A stretch of 55,044 nt of DNA from an uncultured Pelagibacteraceae bacterium (GTDB taxonomy: Bacteria > Pseudomonadota > Alphaproteobacteria > Pelagibacterales > Pelagibacteraceae). The notes beneath the pieces were generated by a model. The model worked only from the letters and a program-made list of their open reading frames with translations, made no database searches and was not told the DNA's origin. Position 1 is the stretch's first letter. Every line of letters begins with the position of its first letter. Position numbers and translations under genes: made by a program. Shown piece by piece: positions 1-9,592 of the stretch. The stretch is from positions 1-55,044 of the forward strand of contig CABZBT010000001.1 of NCBI GenBank assembly GCA_902524045.1. Reading direction: 5' to 3'.

Positions 1-1
1 A

Positions 2-295
2 AATGTTTTTTTTGGTCATTTGGTTACTGCTTCAGTAGGTTTATTTTTTTTGTATTTTGTTAAATTACCAATCTTCTTAACAATACCATTGGCTGTTGGT
101 TTTGGAGTTGGATTGATGATATTTTTAAATATAACACACCCACCTGCAGGCGGCAATCCAATAATTGTAATTATAGGTAGCGTCTCCTTAGATTATCTGT
201 TAAGTCCTGTAATATTAGGTGCTGTAATAATTATTATTTTTGCAATTATTACCAATAGATTTATTTTAAAAAAATCTTATCCAAGACAAAAATAA
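2..295 (+). CDS. HPP family integral membrane protein, 5'-truncated by the window edge
   Basis: Frame is open from base 2 (NVFFGHLVTA...); hydrophobic; contains the HPPAGGNP signature. Confidence 0.88.
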   Translation, partial: NVFFGHLVTASVGLFFLYFVKLPIFLTIPLAVGFGVGLMIFLNITHPPAGGNPIIVIIGSVSLDYLLSPVILGAVIIIIFAIITNRFILKKSYPRQK

Positions 296-363
296 TTAAT
301 TGCTAGATATCTAAAAATGATGTTAGATCATAATTATAAAACTAAATATAGAGAGAGGAATAA

Positions 364-1563
364 ATGAAAATATTATGTATATTATATGACGATCCAAAAG
401 GTGGAATGCCAAAATCGTATGCACTTTCAGAGTTACCAAAAATAGAAAAGTACCCAGATGGAATGACTTTACCTTCACCCAAAGGTAGAGATTATACTCC
501 AGGCCAATTACTAGGGTGTGTATCTGGTGAACTTGGATTACGTAAGTTTTTAGAGAGTAATGGTCATGAGTTAGTAGTTACTAATAGTAAAGATGGTGAT
601 GGTTGCGAGGCTGATAAACATATTGTAGATGCTGATATTGTTATTTCCCAACCTTTTTTTCCTTATTATTTAACAAAAGAGAGAATCGCTAAAGCCAAAA
701 ATCTTAAAATGGCAATTACGGCAGGTATTGGTTCAGATCACGTTGATTTACAAGCAGCGATGGATAATAAAATTGATGTTGTAGAAGTAACTTATTGTAA
801 TTCTAGATCGGTGGCTGAGCACATTGTGATGATGATTGTCTCAATGGTAAGAGACTACCATAGCCAACATAGAATCGTAAATGAAGGTGGTTGGAATATT
901 GCTGACGCAGTTCACAGATCATATGATGTTGAAGGTATGCATATTGGAACAGTTGCTGCAGGTCGTATTGGTTTAGATGCATTAAGAAAAATGAAACCAT
1001 TTGATGTTCACTTACATTATTTTGACAGACATAAATTACCTGAATCTGTTGAAAAAGAACTTAACCTAACATTCCACGAGTCGGTTGAGTCAATGGTAAA
1101 AGTTTGTGATGTAGTGACTATTAATTGTCCTCTTCACCCAGAGACAGAGAACCTATTTGATGACGCGATGATAAGTAAAATGAAAAAAGGTGCTTACATT
1201 GTTAATACTGCAAGAGGAAAAATCTGTAATCGTGATGCAATTGCAAAAGCATTAAAGAGTGGCCAATTGAGTGGTTATGCGGGGGATGTATGGTTTCCTC
1301 AACCAGCCCCAAATGATCACGTGTGGAGAAGCATGCCCAATCATGGTATGACACCTCATACTTCAGGAACATCTTTGACGGCACAATCAAGATACTCAGA
1401 TGGAGTAAGAGAGATACTAGAATGTTTCTTTGAAGGTAAAGAAATTAGAAACCAATATTTAATTGTAAAAGACGGTCAATTAGCTGGTATGGGTGCTCAC
1501 TCATATAGTAAAGGTTCAGCAACTGGTGGCTCAGAGGAAGCAGCTAAGTACCAAAAAAAATAA
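364..1563 (+). CDS. fdh: NAD-dependent formate dehydrogenase (metal-independent homodimeric type)
   Basis: LLGCVSGELGLRKFLE, ITAGIGSDH, AAGRIG nucleotide fold, YFDRH, WFPQP and TPHTSG motifs; GAGAGGA RBS upstream. Confidence 0.95.
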   Translation: MKILCILYDDPKGGMPKSYALSELPKIEKYPDGMTLPSPKGRDYTPGQLLGCVSGELGLRKFLESNGHELVVTNSKDGDGCEADKHIVDADIVISQPFFPYYLTKERIAKAKNLKMAITAGIGSDHVDLQAAMDNKIDVVEVTYCNSRSVAEHIVMMIVSMVRDYHSQHRIVNEGGWNIADAVHRSYDVEGMHIGTVAAGRIGLDALRKMKPFDVHLHYFDRHKLPESVEKELNLTFHESVESMVKVCDVVTINCPLHPETENLFDDAMISKMKKGAYIVNTARGKICNRDAIAKALKSGQLSGYAGDVWFPQPAPNDHVWRSMPNHGMTPHTSGTSLTAQSRYSDGVREILECFFEGKEIRNQYLIVKDGQLAGMGAHSYSKGSATGGSEEAAKYQKK

Positions 1564-1577
1564 TTCTTAAAAATCGA

Positions 1578-1615
1578 TATTAAAGGTAGGCTACTACAGG
1601 TGGCTACCTTTAATA
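1578..1615 (+). terminator. Intrinsic terminator-like hairpin after fdh
   Basis: Inverted repeat tattaaaggtag ... ctacctttaata starting 14 nt after the stop codon. Confidence 0.7.
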
Positions 1616-1653
1616 CCATAGACTTATTACAACTATTTTATTTATGATATTTG

Positions 1654-2229
1654 ATGAAGTATTTTATTTTAATTCTTATCTTATTAATTAACATAAATTT
1701 TTCATATTCTGCACAAAAAGATAAAGCCTATTTTGCAGGGGGATGTTTTTGGTGTATGGAAGAGTCATTCGAAAAACTAAAAGGTGTTGAAGAAGTTACC
1801 TCTGGATACTCTGGAGGTGTCACTGAAAACCCAACTTATAAAGAAGTAACATATGGAAAGACTGGTCACTTTGAGGTGGTAGAAATAATATATAATAAAG
1901 CAGTAATTTCTTATAGTGAATTGCTTGAAAATTTTTGGATTAATATTGATCCATTTGATGCTTATGGTCAATTCTGTGACAAAGGATTTAGTTACAGATC
2001 AGTTGCATTTTATACAAATGATGAAGAAAAAAATTTAATAGAAAAAAGCATTAAAGAATTAGAAAGCAAATTTAATAAAAAAGTTGTGACTTATATTAGA
2101 AACTTTGAAAAATTTTATAAAGCAGAAGAATATCATCAAGATTTTTATAAAATAAAATTTGAGCGATATCTTAGATATAAAAAAGCTTGTGGAAGAGAAG
2201 AATTGTTGAGGAGAATTTGGAGTCAATAA
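1654..2229 (+). CDS. msrA: Peptide-methionine (S)-S-oxide reductase with N-terminal signal peptide
   Basis: FAGGCFWC, GYSGG, TGHFE and AEEYHQDFY motifs; ATG at 1654 follows the in-frame TTG at 1651. Confidence 0.93.
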   Translation: MKYFILILILLININFSYSAQKDKAYFAGGCFWCMEESFEKLKGVEEVTSGYSGGVTENPTYKEVTYGKTGHFEVVEIIYNKAVISYSELLENFWINIDPFDAYGQFCDKGFSYRSVAFYTNDEEKNLIEKSIKELESKFNKKVVTYIRNFEKFYKAEEYHQDFYKIKFERYLRYKKACGREELLRRIWSQ

Positions 2230-2235
2230 ATCTCT

Positions 2236-3690
2236 ATGAAAAATAATATTAATTGGAATTTCGATAATTCTTATTCGAGACTATCTAATACATTTAAGCA
2301 GCACGTTAAACCTGTAAATGTGAAAAACCCTGAATTGGTTTTAATTAATGACAATTTAGCGAAAGAATTAAACTTAGACTTTACCAAAATTGATAGAGCT
2401 GAATTATCAGATTTATTTAGTGGAAATATTCTTCCAAAAGGAAGTAATGCAATAGCTCAGGCTTATGCAGGACACCAATTTGGACATTTCACAATGCTAG
2501 GAGATGGAAGAGCAATCTTAATAGGTGAACATTTAACAAAGAGTAATAAAAGATGTGATATTCAATTTAAGGGTTCGGGAAAAACTGCATTTTCTAGAAA
2601 TGGCGATGGTAGAGCTGCGCTAGGCCCAATGTTAAGAGAATATATTATTAGTGAGGCAATGCACAATCTAAATATTCCTTCAACAAGAAGCTTGGCAGTG
2701 GTTAAAACAGGCGAAAAGATAATAAGGGATACTCAGTTGCAAGGCGCTATCTTAACAAGAGTTGCCTCGAGCCATATCAGAGTTGGAACTTTTCAATACG
2801 TTGCTGCAAGGGACAAAAAAGATGAGTTAGAAGTTTTTTTTAATTATGTTGTTAAACGGCATTATCCAGAACTCGTGGACTCCAAAAAAAAAGCTTTAGA
2901 TCTTTTGAACATTCTTATAGATAAACAGATTGATCTTGTGGTTAATTGGATGCGTGTTGGTTTTGTCCATGGTGTAATGAATACTGACAATATGACAATT
3001 TCTGGAGAAACAATTGATTATGGACCTTGTGCATTTATGGATAAATATGATCCAAAAACTGTTTTTAGCACAATTGATAGAATGGGGAGATATGCTTACT
3101 GTAACCAGCCTGCTATTACAAAATGGAATCTTTCACGTTTTGCTGAATGTTTAATACCACTGATTCATCAAGATCAAGATCAAGCAGTCAAAAGTGCAAC
3201 AGATCTCATTAATACATTTGAAAAAAAGTATGAGAAAAGATGGATGAATATGATGAGAAATAAATTAGGATTACAGGGTGCAGATGATAAGGATAAGTTT
3301 TTAATAGTTGATTTACTTACTTGGATGCACCAAAATAAAGTAGATTATACCAATACCTTTTGCAATTTAATGGACCTTAAAGAATATGATGATGACTTAT
3401 ATAGAAGTAATGATTTTAAAAATTGGAAGAAAAATTGGCAAGAGAGATTAAAATCAAACAATAACACCCCTGAAAAATATATTACATTAATGAGAAGTGT
3501 TAACCCCCTAGTAATTCCTAGAAACCATAAAATTGAGGAGACGTTACAAATAGCTGAAAGTGGTGATCTAGCGTCATTTAATAAGCTATTAAAAATTCTA
3601 GAAAAACCTTATGTGCAACAAGAAAACATTTCAGATTATCTTAAAATGGATAGTTCTTCAAAAGAATATAAAACTTTCTGCGGTACTTAA
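2236..3690 (+). CDS. selO: Protein adenylyltransferase SelO/YdiU
   Basis: AQAYAGHQFG, LGDGRA, KGSG, GDGRA, HGVMNTDN and IDYGP motifs; C-terminal TFCGT. Confidence 0.95.
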   Translation: MKNNINWNFDNSYSRLSNTFKQHVKPVNVKNPELVLINDNLAKELNLDFTKIDRAELSDLFSGNILPKGSNAIAQAYAGHQFGHFTMLGDGRAILIGEHLTKSNKRCDIQFKGSGKTAFSRNGDGRAALGPMLREYIISEAMHNLNIPSTRSLAVVKTGEKIIRDTQLQGAILTRVASSHIRVGTFQYVAARDKKDELEVFFNYVVKRHYPELVDSKKKALDLLNILIDKQIDLVVNWMRVGFVHGVMNTDNMTISGETIDYGPCAFMDKYDPKTVFSTIDRMGRYAYCNQPAITKWNLSRFAECLIPLIHQDQDQAVKSATDLINTFEKKYEKRWMNMMRNKLGLQGADDKDKFLIVDLLTWMHQNKVDYTNTFCNLMDLKEYDDDLYRSNDFKNWKKNWQERLKSNNNTPEKYITLMRSVNPLVIPRNHKIEETLQIAESGDLASFNKLLKILEKPYVQQENISDYLKMDSSSKEYKTFCGT

Positions 3691-3699
3691 ACTTTTTTA

Positions 3700-4401
3700 T
3701 TAATTAGAGAATTTTTTCCAATTTTCAATTGGTGGAACTAAATGTTCTAGTGTTGATGAGTCTTTTGCTAAAAATACAATATCTGCTGAAATTGATATTC
3801 TCTCGGAGTTAGACCTACCATGTTCTGTACCATGAATTGTTTTAGAGGGGAATATTAATAAATCATCCTCTTTGGTATCAAAGACAACTTTGCTCGAATT
3901 AAGAATATCTCTTTTTTTAAAAATATTCTCTTTTGCTAAAGACCTCGAGTCAAATAACTGTGGAATAAATTCATTATGCTTAGAGGTATCAAAAAACATG
4001 ATTTTAGCATCATCTTTTTGTTTCTTTAGATAAAAAGCGATGGAAATATGTGATTGATCATGTGAGTGATTATCAATATGTTCTGTATTTTTAGAAATAG
4101 TTGCCCAAGATCTTTGAAAATAAAGATCAAGCTTCTCGTGATTTAGAGATAAATTTTCTAAATATTCTAAAATACAATTATTTATTTGGCTAAATAAGTT
4201 TTTAAACTTTGGGTTATTATGCAAATATTCAAATCCCTGAGTATCTCCAGTCCAAGCCTTACTTGGAGATTTATAATCTAAATTTTTACTTTCTTTTTCC
4301 ATCAAACGAATTTCATCAATCATTTCTTTTTTTTCATTTTCACTAAGAGAAAGAGTTGATTTGTAAACTGAAAGTGGAAAAAAATTAAAAATTTTTTGCA
4401 T
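3700..4401 (-). CDS. Putative 2OG-Fe(II) oxygenase (TIGR02466-like)
   Basis: FFPLSVY N-terminus; SWA, HSH, LLIFPS..IHG and RISIS motifs. Confidence 0.7.
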   Translation of the reverse strand: MQKIFNFFPLSVYKSTLSLSENEKKEMIDEIRLMEKESKNLDYKSPSKAWTGDTQGFEYLHNNPKFKNLFSQINNCILEYLENLSLNHEKLDLYFQRSWATISKNTEHIDNHSHDQSHISIAFYLKKQKDDAKIMFFDTSKHNEFIPQLFDSRSLAKENIFKKRDILNSSKVVFDTKEDDLLIFPSKTIHGTEHGRSNSERISISADIVFLAKDSSTLEHLVPPIENWKKFSN

Positions 4402-4414
4402 AAGTCAAAAATGA

Positions 4415-5518
4415 TTATAAAACATAAGGCTCAGGTCTTGCTTTTTGGCCTAAGACTCTCTCAACTGCCATATTGGAAATATCTATTGATTGATATGAGC
4501 CAGTTGTAATTAATTCTGTCAAGGCTCTACCTATACCAGGCGCTTGCATTAATCCTCTTCCTGTAAAGCCAGTTGCTAAGTAGACATTTTCAAATTTTGG
4601 ATGTTTCCCCACTACAGCATTATTATCTAATCTATTACAATCATAATAACCAGCCCAACCACCATTTAATTTTAATTCTTCAAATGCTGGTATCCTTTTA
4701 GCTAATGCAGGCCAAACTAATTCCTCAAAGTCGTCCCAGGCAGGTTCTAGATCATTTGCATCAAAGACAGATTTTGGCGAACCAGCTAAGTATTCCTTTC
4801 CTTCAGGTCTCCAATAAACGCCTGTAGTCAAATCTCCTGTTAATGGCATTTCTGGGATGTGTTTTGGACACTTTACTCTAAAGACAGTGTGTTTTTGAGG
4901 TTCAACAGGAATATCTTCCAATAACTCTTTCGTCCAACATCCAGCAGCAGATATTATTGTTTTAGCTTTGATTTCTGATAATGATTTAACTTCACCTTTA
5001 ATAAATTCTGCACCTTGCTCTATTGCTTTACTTTTTAATGCAGTGTGAAATAGAAAAGGATCAATCCAACCTTCACTTTTATTATCAGTAAATGTTGCAG
5101 TTTCAATTCCATCTTTATTGATATAGGGAAAATATTTATCTAAGTCAGAACCTTTAATATTTTTAGTACCAGCATCACATACTTTATGATTTTCTAAAGC
5201 TTTATATTGTTCATCAGCATGTTTTTTACCAAACATCAACAAATATCCATTAGGTACCATGCTTGCTGTAGGATTAGGATTTTTTTCAGTTTTAAGTAAT
5301 TCAGGTATTTGAAATATAAATTCCCTAGCAAATTTTCCCAATAATATATTCTCCGTTTGGAAAAATTGTCTTCTAAATCCTCCAAGTGAAAGCGGGAATG
5401 AAGCTGATTTATAAGTTGGATCTCTCTCAATTACCTTAACTTTTCTTCCCTCTTTAGATAAAAAATATGCAGCTGATACACCGATTATCCCACCACCAAC
5501 TATTACAATATCATCCAT
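4415..5518 (-). CDS. FAD-dependent oxidoreductase, DAO/sarcosine-oxidase-beta/FOXRED1-like
   Basis: IVGGGIIG, SLGGFRRQF, WAGYYD and GFTGRGLMQAPGIG motifs. Confidence 0.85.
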   Translation of the reverse strand: MDDIVIVGGGIIGVSAAYFLSKEGRKVKVIERDPTYKSASFPLSLGGFRRQFFQTENILLGKFAREFIFQIPELLKTEKNPNPTASMVPNGYLLMFGKKHADEQYKALENHKVCDAGTKNIKGSDLDKYFPYINKDGIETATFTDNKSEGWIDPFLFHTALKSKAIEQGAEFIKGEVKSLSEIKAKTIISAAGCWTKELLEDIPVEPQKHTVFRVKCPKHIPEMPLTGDLTTGVYWRPEGKEYLAGSPKSVFDANDLEPAWDDFEELVWPALAKRIPAFEELKLNGGWAGYYDCNRLDNNAVVGKHPKFENVYLATGFTGRGLMQAPGIGRALTELITTGSYQSIDISNMAVERVLGQKARPEPYVL

Positions 5519-5986
5519 TTAATTATATATTAATAAGTTATAATTAAGAAATAGTGCATAGAGACACCAAAGTAAATATGGAATCATTAAATAATAACTT
5601 ACAAAAGTGACACGTTTAAATCTAATAATTAAAACTATTATCGAACAAATTAAAATAATCAGAACAATAAATGCTAAAAATATTTGATGTAAACCAAAAA
5701 AAACAATGCTCCAAGTTGTATTAAAAACAATGTGTATAAAATAAATATAAACAGTATTTATATCTCTTTTTTTACTATGCCAAAAAGTCCAAATCGCTAT
5801 AGTCATCATAAAATAAAGTGTTGTCCAAACAGGAGCAAAAATCCAATCTGGTGGATTATAATTAGATTTTACAAGCCCAGAATACCAAGGCTCTTTAAAA
5901 CTAATTGTGACTAACCCTCCAATAAATGACGCAGAAAAAGTGATAATTAAAAAAAGAATCAAGGATAAAAATTTATTTTTTAACAT
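5519..5986 (-). CDS. tspO: TspO/MBR tryptophan-rich sensory protein
   Basis: WY..L.K...NPPDWIFAPVWT and PYLLW motifs; start placed at 5986 (MLKNK), 6 nt after a TATAAT. Confidence 0.92.
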   Translation of the reverse strand: MLKNKFLSLILFLIITFSASFIGGLVTISFKEPWYSGLVKSNYNPPDWIFAPVWTTLYFMMTIAIWTFWHSKKRDINTVYIYFIHIVFNTTWSIVFFGLHQIFLAFIVLIILICSIIVLIIRFKRVTFVSYYLMIPYLLWCLYALFLNYNLLIYN

Positions 5987-6010
5987 AATAGTATTATACA
6001 TCTTTATAGA

Positions 6011-6772
6011 ATGATTAAAAAAACAATTTGGATTACAGGCGGCAGCACTGGAATTGGAAAAGCTTTAGCCATAAAATTTGCTAATGAAGGTTGGAATGTT
6101 GCAATATCAGCAAGGCGAGAAAATTTATTAGAGGAAATTTCGAATGCATATGAAAACATAAGTGCCTTTCCATTAGATGTAACTAAAAAAGAAAATTGTA
6201 AAGAGGTTTTTAATCAAATTAAAAATAAATTTGAAAGTATAGATATTTGTTTTTTTTCAACTGGAACATGGGATCCAAAAAAAGAAAAAGATATTGATGT
6301 AGAACAAATTGAAAATGTTTTCAAAGTTAATTTTTTCGGAACTTTAAATAGTATTAAGGCTGTAGAAGAATATTTCAAAAGTAAAAAAAATGGAATAATT
6401 ACAATCGTTTCATCTATAGCAGGCTATCGCGGACTACCAAATTCAACTGGGTATGGTCCTTCAAAATCAGCTTTAAATAATTTAGCCGAAAGTCTTTATT
6501 TTGATTTTGGTAGATCAAATGTTCGTGTTTGTTTGGTTTCACCGGGTTTTATTAAAACTCCTATGACAGATAAAAATGATTTCAATATGCCTTTTTTGAA
6601 AACTCCTGAATACGCAGCAGAAAAAATATATGATGGTTTAGTAAATAAAAACTCTTTTGAAATTCATTTTCCAAAATCATTAACAATGATACTGAAAATT
6701 TTAGGTTTTTTACCAAATAAAATTTATTTTGGATTGATTGGTAAATTAACAAAATATCAAAAAAAAAATTAA
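6011..6772 (+). CDS. Short-chain dehydrogenase/reductase
   Basis: ITGGSTGIG, catalytic YGPSK, PGFIKTPMT motifs. Confidence 0.92.
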   Translation: MIKKTIWITGGSTGIGKALAIKFANEGWNVAISARRENLLEEISNAYENISAFPLDVTKKENCKEVFNQIKNKFESIDICFFSTGTWDPKKEKDIDVEQIENVFKVNFFGTLNSIKAVEEYFKSKKNGIITIVSSIAGYRGLPNSTGYGPSKSALNNLAESLYFDFGRSNVRVCLVSPGFIKTPMTDKNDFNMPFLKTPEYAAEKIYDGLVNKNSFEIHFPKSLTMILKILGFLPNKIYFGLIGKLTKYQKKN

Positions 6773-6810
6773 AATTTTATAAAAAAAAACTTAAGTTTTA
6801 AGTAACATTG

Positions 6811-6857
6811 AGATAGTCCTGAAAACCAGGATACAAAGATGTCTAAGAGGGACTATT
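6811..6857. ncRNA. Hairpin motif copy 1 (direct repeat of 14299..14346); candidate structured RNA
   Basis: agatagtcctgaaaaccaggatacaaagatgtctaagagggactatt; terminal stem atagtcc/ggactat with a conserved loop. Confidence 0.7.
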
Positions 6858-6881
6858 AATCTTTAACTCTACTGGACGACT

Positions 6882-7793
6882 TTAATTAAAAAAAGAACCT
6901 CTTATTCTCAAGAGTTCTCTGCTTAAGTTTTTATTTTCCTTAAATGGCCTTCTTCCGTGAAGCCAAAAATAATTATTAGCTATTACGGAGGAACCTACTG
7001 GTAATTTGGTTATAATTTTGTAATTACTTTCCTCTAGACTATCAGACAATTTTTGTAAAAAAACTCCTTGTTTCATATTTTTTGGTTCAGGGAATTGATC
7101 GATATAAGAAATTTGAGCTCTTCCATTTTTATCAGATGAAAATACTGGATGCTCAACTTTATAATCAATATTCTTACTTTTAGGAGATCCCCAAATAAAA
7201 TTCTCTTTAGCAGTTGGATCGTTAAATAACTCATCACAATGTTCCCAATCATCAAGGTGTAACATGGCCGACTCTCCACCCTCAACATTTTTTTCCTCTA
7301 GTTTTGACATCAATAACCAATCAGTTTTTTCTTTTACATAAGTTCCATCAGTGTGCAAATCCATATTTGTATAAGCTTTTCTTAGATAAGAGTCACTTTT
7401 ATCCTCGTGCTTAACATGAAATCTTGCGTAATATTTTCCAGCCATTGCATCATGATTGGGTACTCCAATCAAGTGTGCTACTGCTGTTGAAAGCTTTATC
7501 AAAAAATTATCATCTATTTTAGTGATTAAGTTTTTTGGCTTAATTATAAAACAACCCGTATTTCTGTCTCTAATAATTTTATTTATGAATTTAGATAATT
7601 TATTTTCACTTAAATCATCCAAGTTTTTAGCAATGGTAAACCTAGTGAAAGGCTTATACTCTAGAGCTGTAATGTTAAATTTATTAAATGGGAATATGAG
7701 TTTATTCAAAATTTCTTCGCATATATTAATATTTATTATTCTAGAGGATTTATCATTAAAACTAATTTCAAAACCATTAATATTTTCTATCAT
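6882..7793 (-). CDS. glaH: Glutarate 2-hydroxylase (CsiD/GlaH), 2OG-Fe(II) dioxygenase
   Basis: ALEYKPFTRF, DKSDSYLRKAY, LHTDGTYVKE, NNYFWLHGR and RELLRIRG motifs. Confidence 0.92.
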   Translation of the reverse strand: MIENINGFEISFNDKSSRIININICEEILNKLIFPFNKFNITALEYKPFTRFTIAKNLDDLSENKLSKFINKIIRDRNTGCFIIKPKNLITKIDDNFLIKLSTAVAHLIGVPNHDAMAGKYYARFHVKHEDKSDSYLRKAYTNMDLHTDGTYVKEKTDWLLMSKLEEKNVEGGESAMLHLDDWEHCDELFNDPTAKENFIWGSPKSKNIDYKVEHPVFSSDKNGRAQISYIDQFPEPKNMKQGVFLQKLSDSLEESNYKIITKLPVGSSVIANNYFWLHGRRPFKENKNLSRELLRIRGSFFN

Positions 7794-8113
7794 AAATAAA
7801 AACTAAAAAGTGACAGTAAGATACCAGAGAAAATGGTTGGGTAAACTAAATTTTTTCCGGTTAAATAAAAAATAATTATAGACAAAAAAACAACTATAAA
7901 TCTTATAAAGTAATCCACTTCATTTAATGATCCTGATGGAAAGAATATCATTCTTGCAATAAGTGCTGCTAAAGTAGAGTATGCTAGACAATTAAACCAT
8001 CTAAACATTTTTGATGTTTCTTTGATTTTTTCTGCACTTATAACGCCCAAGAATCTGGAAAGATATGTTGCTAAAGATGTGACTAAGATTACAATTACAA
8101 TGTTATTTGTCAC
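7790..8113 (-). CDS. azlD: AzlD-family small membrane protein
   Basis: ATYLSRFLG and LAALIA motifs; GTG start at 8113 after GGAG RBS; overlaps the azlC stop. Confidence 0.75.
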   Translation of the reverse strand: MTNNIVIVILVTSLATYLSRFLGVISAEKIKETSKMFRWFNCLAYSTLAALIARMIFFPSGSLNEVDYFIRFIVVFLSIIIFYLTGKNLVYPTIFSGILLSLFSFYL

Positions 8114-8807
8114 TTTTTTCTCCAATTAAAAAAGCAATACTGCCTGCAAAAAAACCACCAAATAAAATACACCACTCAGGAGACAAGAAATAAAATATTG
8201 GTCCTATAATCGCTCCTAAGGTGACGGATAAAGTTATTTGAATAGTTTTCATTGCACTTAACATCATGCAAGTAAAATAGATTGGATTAATTATTGCTAA
8301 ACCAATAAGGATATCTTTATTAAGAAAATCAGATGCAATATAACCAACAATTGTTGCAAATATTGCAACAGACCATGTTGCAGTACCAATGCCTATCCAA
8401 AAATCTATCCTATTTTCTTTTTCAATTACTTCATAATGGTCTTTCATAATAAGCCATGAGGAGACAGCAATGAAGTGACATGATAAATAATATTTCCATT
8501 TAGGTTGATTTTCATGAATCAATAAAGGCATTAGTGCCACTGTCATTGGGTATAATCTTGCGTTAACTAACCAAACAGCTAAAAAAATATTTATCAATGA
8601 TGCACCAATTAACATTGACTCAGCCATAACTAACGATCCAGGTAAAGCATAAGTTAAAAAAGTAGAAAAAATGCTTTCCTCAACTGTGAAACCTAAATTT
8701 TTTAATAATGCACCAATTGCAACAAAGCTAGCTGCTAAAGCAATAGCTGGACTTCCTACACCTTTAATTGATTTAAAACCCTTAAAAAAATATTTTGTAT
8801 CGATCAT
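8103..8807 (-). CDS. azlC: AzlC-family branched-chain amino acid exporter permease
   Basis: YALPGSLV and LVNARLYPM motifs; multiple TM segments; paired with azlD. Confidence 0.82.
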   Translation of the reverse strand: MIDTKYFFKGFKSIKGVGSPAIALAASFVAIGALLKNLGFTVEESIFSTFLTYALPGSLVMAESMLIGASLINIFLAVWLVNARLYPMTVALMPLLIHENQPKWKYYLSCHFIAVSSWLIMKDHYEVIEKENRIDFWIGIGTATWSVAIFATIVGYIASDFLNKDILIGLAIINPIYFTCMMLSAMKTIQITLSVTLGAIIGPIFYFLSPEWCILFGGFFAGSIAFLIGEKSDK

Positions 8808-9592
8808 TAACCACCTAAAAAAAGGCGACCCACATCAGGATTACTTAAAAGATCCTCACCCTTACCAGCAATTGCTGTTTGACCAGAGACTAGAACATAA
8901 CCAATATCAGCAAACTCAAGTCCTTTTTTTGCATTTTGCTCAACTAAGATAATTGTTTTTTTTTCATTCTCCTGAAGATCTCTTAGAATTTCAAATACCA
9001 TTTGAATATATCTTGGCTCCAATCCAATTGATGGTTCATCGACTAATAGTACAGAAGGTTTCATTACCAAAGCTCTAGAAATTTCTAGCAAACGCCTCTC
9101 CCCACCAGATAATACTTTAGCAGGTTGATTCCTTCTATTCCTTAATCTTTCATATTTTTCAAATATTCTTTCTGCCTCTTGATAAGACTCATCTGTATTT
9201 TCTTTAATATATCCACCCATTAATAAGTTTTCTTCCACTGTCATGTCAGGGAATACTGAATTATCTTGAAGGATGTACGCAATACCTACTGACTTTAATT
9301 TTTCAGCTGGTGTAAGATTTGTAATTTCTTTTCCATCTAATTCAATTTGACCAGAAAAAATGTTTGTAAACCCATATATTGAATGAAGAATTGTTGATTT
9401 ACCTGCACCATTCGGTCCAATCAAACATAACGACTGAGCTTTTTTTACAAATAAATCAAAGTTATGAAGTATTTCCATTTTGCCGTAACCAGCATTTAAA
9501 TTTTTGATTGTTAAATGAATTTCATCTGGAGCTAAACTTTTTAGTTCTTCTGCGGTTGGAGCTTTTCCTAAAACCTCATATTGATTTGTCAT
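8807..9592 (-). CDS. livF: Liv-type ABC transporter ATP-binding protein (LivF-like)
   Basis: GPNGAGKS, LSGGE, LLVDEP and LVEQN motifs. Confidence 0.92.
   Translation of the reverse strand: MTNQYEVLGKAPTAEELKSLAPDEIHLTIKNLNAGYGKMEILHNFDLFVKKAQSLCLIGPNGAGKSTILHSIYGFTNIFSGQIELDGKEITNLTPAEKLKSVGIAYILQDNSVFPDMTVEENLLMGGYIKENTDESYQEAERIFEKYERLRNRRNQPAKVLSGGERRLLEISRALVMKPSVLLVDEPSIGLEPRYIQMVFEILRDLQENEKKTIILVEQNAKKGLEFADIGYVLVSGQTAIAGKGEDLLSNPDVGRLFLGG

Noticed and set aside
4415-5518. Assigning the FAD oxidoreductase as LhgO or SoxB
   Set aside because: It lacks the LhgO NSGVIH-type motif and has no soxDAG partners; only a family-level call is supported.
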